Below are positions 63,100-64,000 of a DNA stretch of 64,000 bases, one piece after another. The translations under genes and the position numbers were made by a program. The notes under the pieces were generated by a model, which was not told where the DNA came from, did no database searches, and saw only the letters and a list, made by a program, of their open reading frames with translations. The stretch lies in NCBI RefSeq assembly GCF_009914755.1, contig NC_060929.1; one strand, given 5' to 3'. The number at the start of each line of letters is the position of its first letter. Position 1 is the stretch's first letter. This DNA comes from the human T2T-CHM13v2.0 reference genome, Homo sapiens.

Positions 63100-63450
63100 C
63101 ACAAAGGAATTACAGTACTGAGTACAACTCTTCCCGAGGCTCTCTGTTCTCTTGGCTCCTATCCATCAAGTTTTCCTCCCACCTCTCTAACTATTCTTTC
63201 TCACTTTCCACTGCTAGACCCTCGCCAAGGTCTGTCCCAGGCCCTCTTTTCTCAGTGGACAGTATCATCCACTCCCCTGCCTTCGACTACCACCTGTGTA
63301 CATCACAATCTAAATCTAAATCTCCCTCTTGAGCTTTTCTGTTTAATATTCACCTGCCTGCTTGACATTTCTCCATGAATACTGAGCAGTCCAAACTTAT
63401 TAGCTTCCTCTCACATGTGACGTCTTTCCAGTGTAGAGTTCTGGCTAACA
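63100..63450 (+). mobile_element. L2 fragment
   Basis: TTCTCCCACCTCTCTAACTATTCTTTCTCA..ATCATCCACTCCC..CACCTGCCTGCTTGACATTTCTCCATGAAT. Confidence 0.6.
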
Positions 63451-64000
63451 GCATCATCTACTGAAACACAAAGGACGAAAATTCCTGTTGGAAACCAAGT
63501 GGCCATATGGAGACTCAACTTCCCACTGCTGCTGCCACACATAGGGACACAAGGACACCACCCTTGATCCAGAGCAGCGCCTGAAGGCACTACTAACTCT
63601 TGGGCAGAAAAGAATGTGGGAGCAAGCTTGTTTTATTTCATCACTTCTTTCTTCTAGTATGAGTATTTCCAGTACTAATGACTCGATGCAATGACAGTAA
63701 TGACAAAGACTGGGCTATCTTGACCATAATTTAAAATGTAATGACAGGCCAGGAGCCATGCAGCTCACACTAACAGGGAAGAAGCCATCTGTCCAGCAAC
63801 CAAAGGACTTTAAGCTAAATTGGTGAGGAGGGAGGGAGGAAGAGAATACAAGGGAAATCATAAAATCAGTCCCTACGGAGGATTACAGAAAAAGAAAGAC
63901 TGAGAGAGATTGCTCACCTGAGAAAATAAGAGGTTTAAAGTGTTCTTAATCTGAGACGTCCATAAACCAATAAATACAAGTAATAAGAAAAAACCTTAAA

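Overview
Primate (human or great-ape) genomic DNA lying wholly inside RNF130 (GOLIATH; PA-TM-RING E3 ubiquitin ligase), which is transcribed on the minus strand. Two coding exons are visible: a 195-bp PA-domain exon (51538-51732) and a 251-bp exon encoding the PA end and the transmembrane helix (24069-24319). The intron between them holds the MIR340 hairpin (26311-26405), flanked by a purine-rich 11/12-bp minisatellite. The rest is intron dense in interspersed repeats: about 30 Alus, L1PA/L1M fragments, solo LTR13, LTR12, MST/THE1, MER68 and MLT LTRs, MER1A, Tigger2a, MER5, MIR and L2. Almost all short ORFs in the track are repeat artefacts. Repeat family calls are from recalled consensus sequences, and old-repeat boundaries are approximate. 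I see no firm evidence of a new biological system. The best hypotheses are: (i) a 13-nt miR-340-5p-complementary site abutting a stop-containing alternative 5' splice site of the host exon; (ii) a sense-oriented solo LTR12 promoter upstream of that exon; (iii) the VNTR next to pre-miR-340; (iv) a template-switch inverted duplication inside an Alu.
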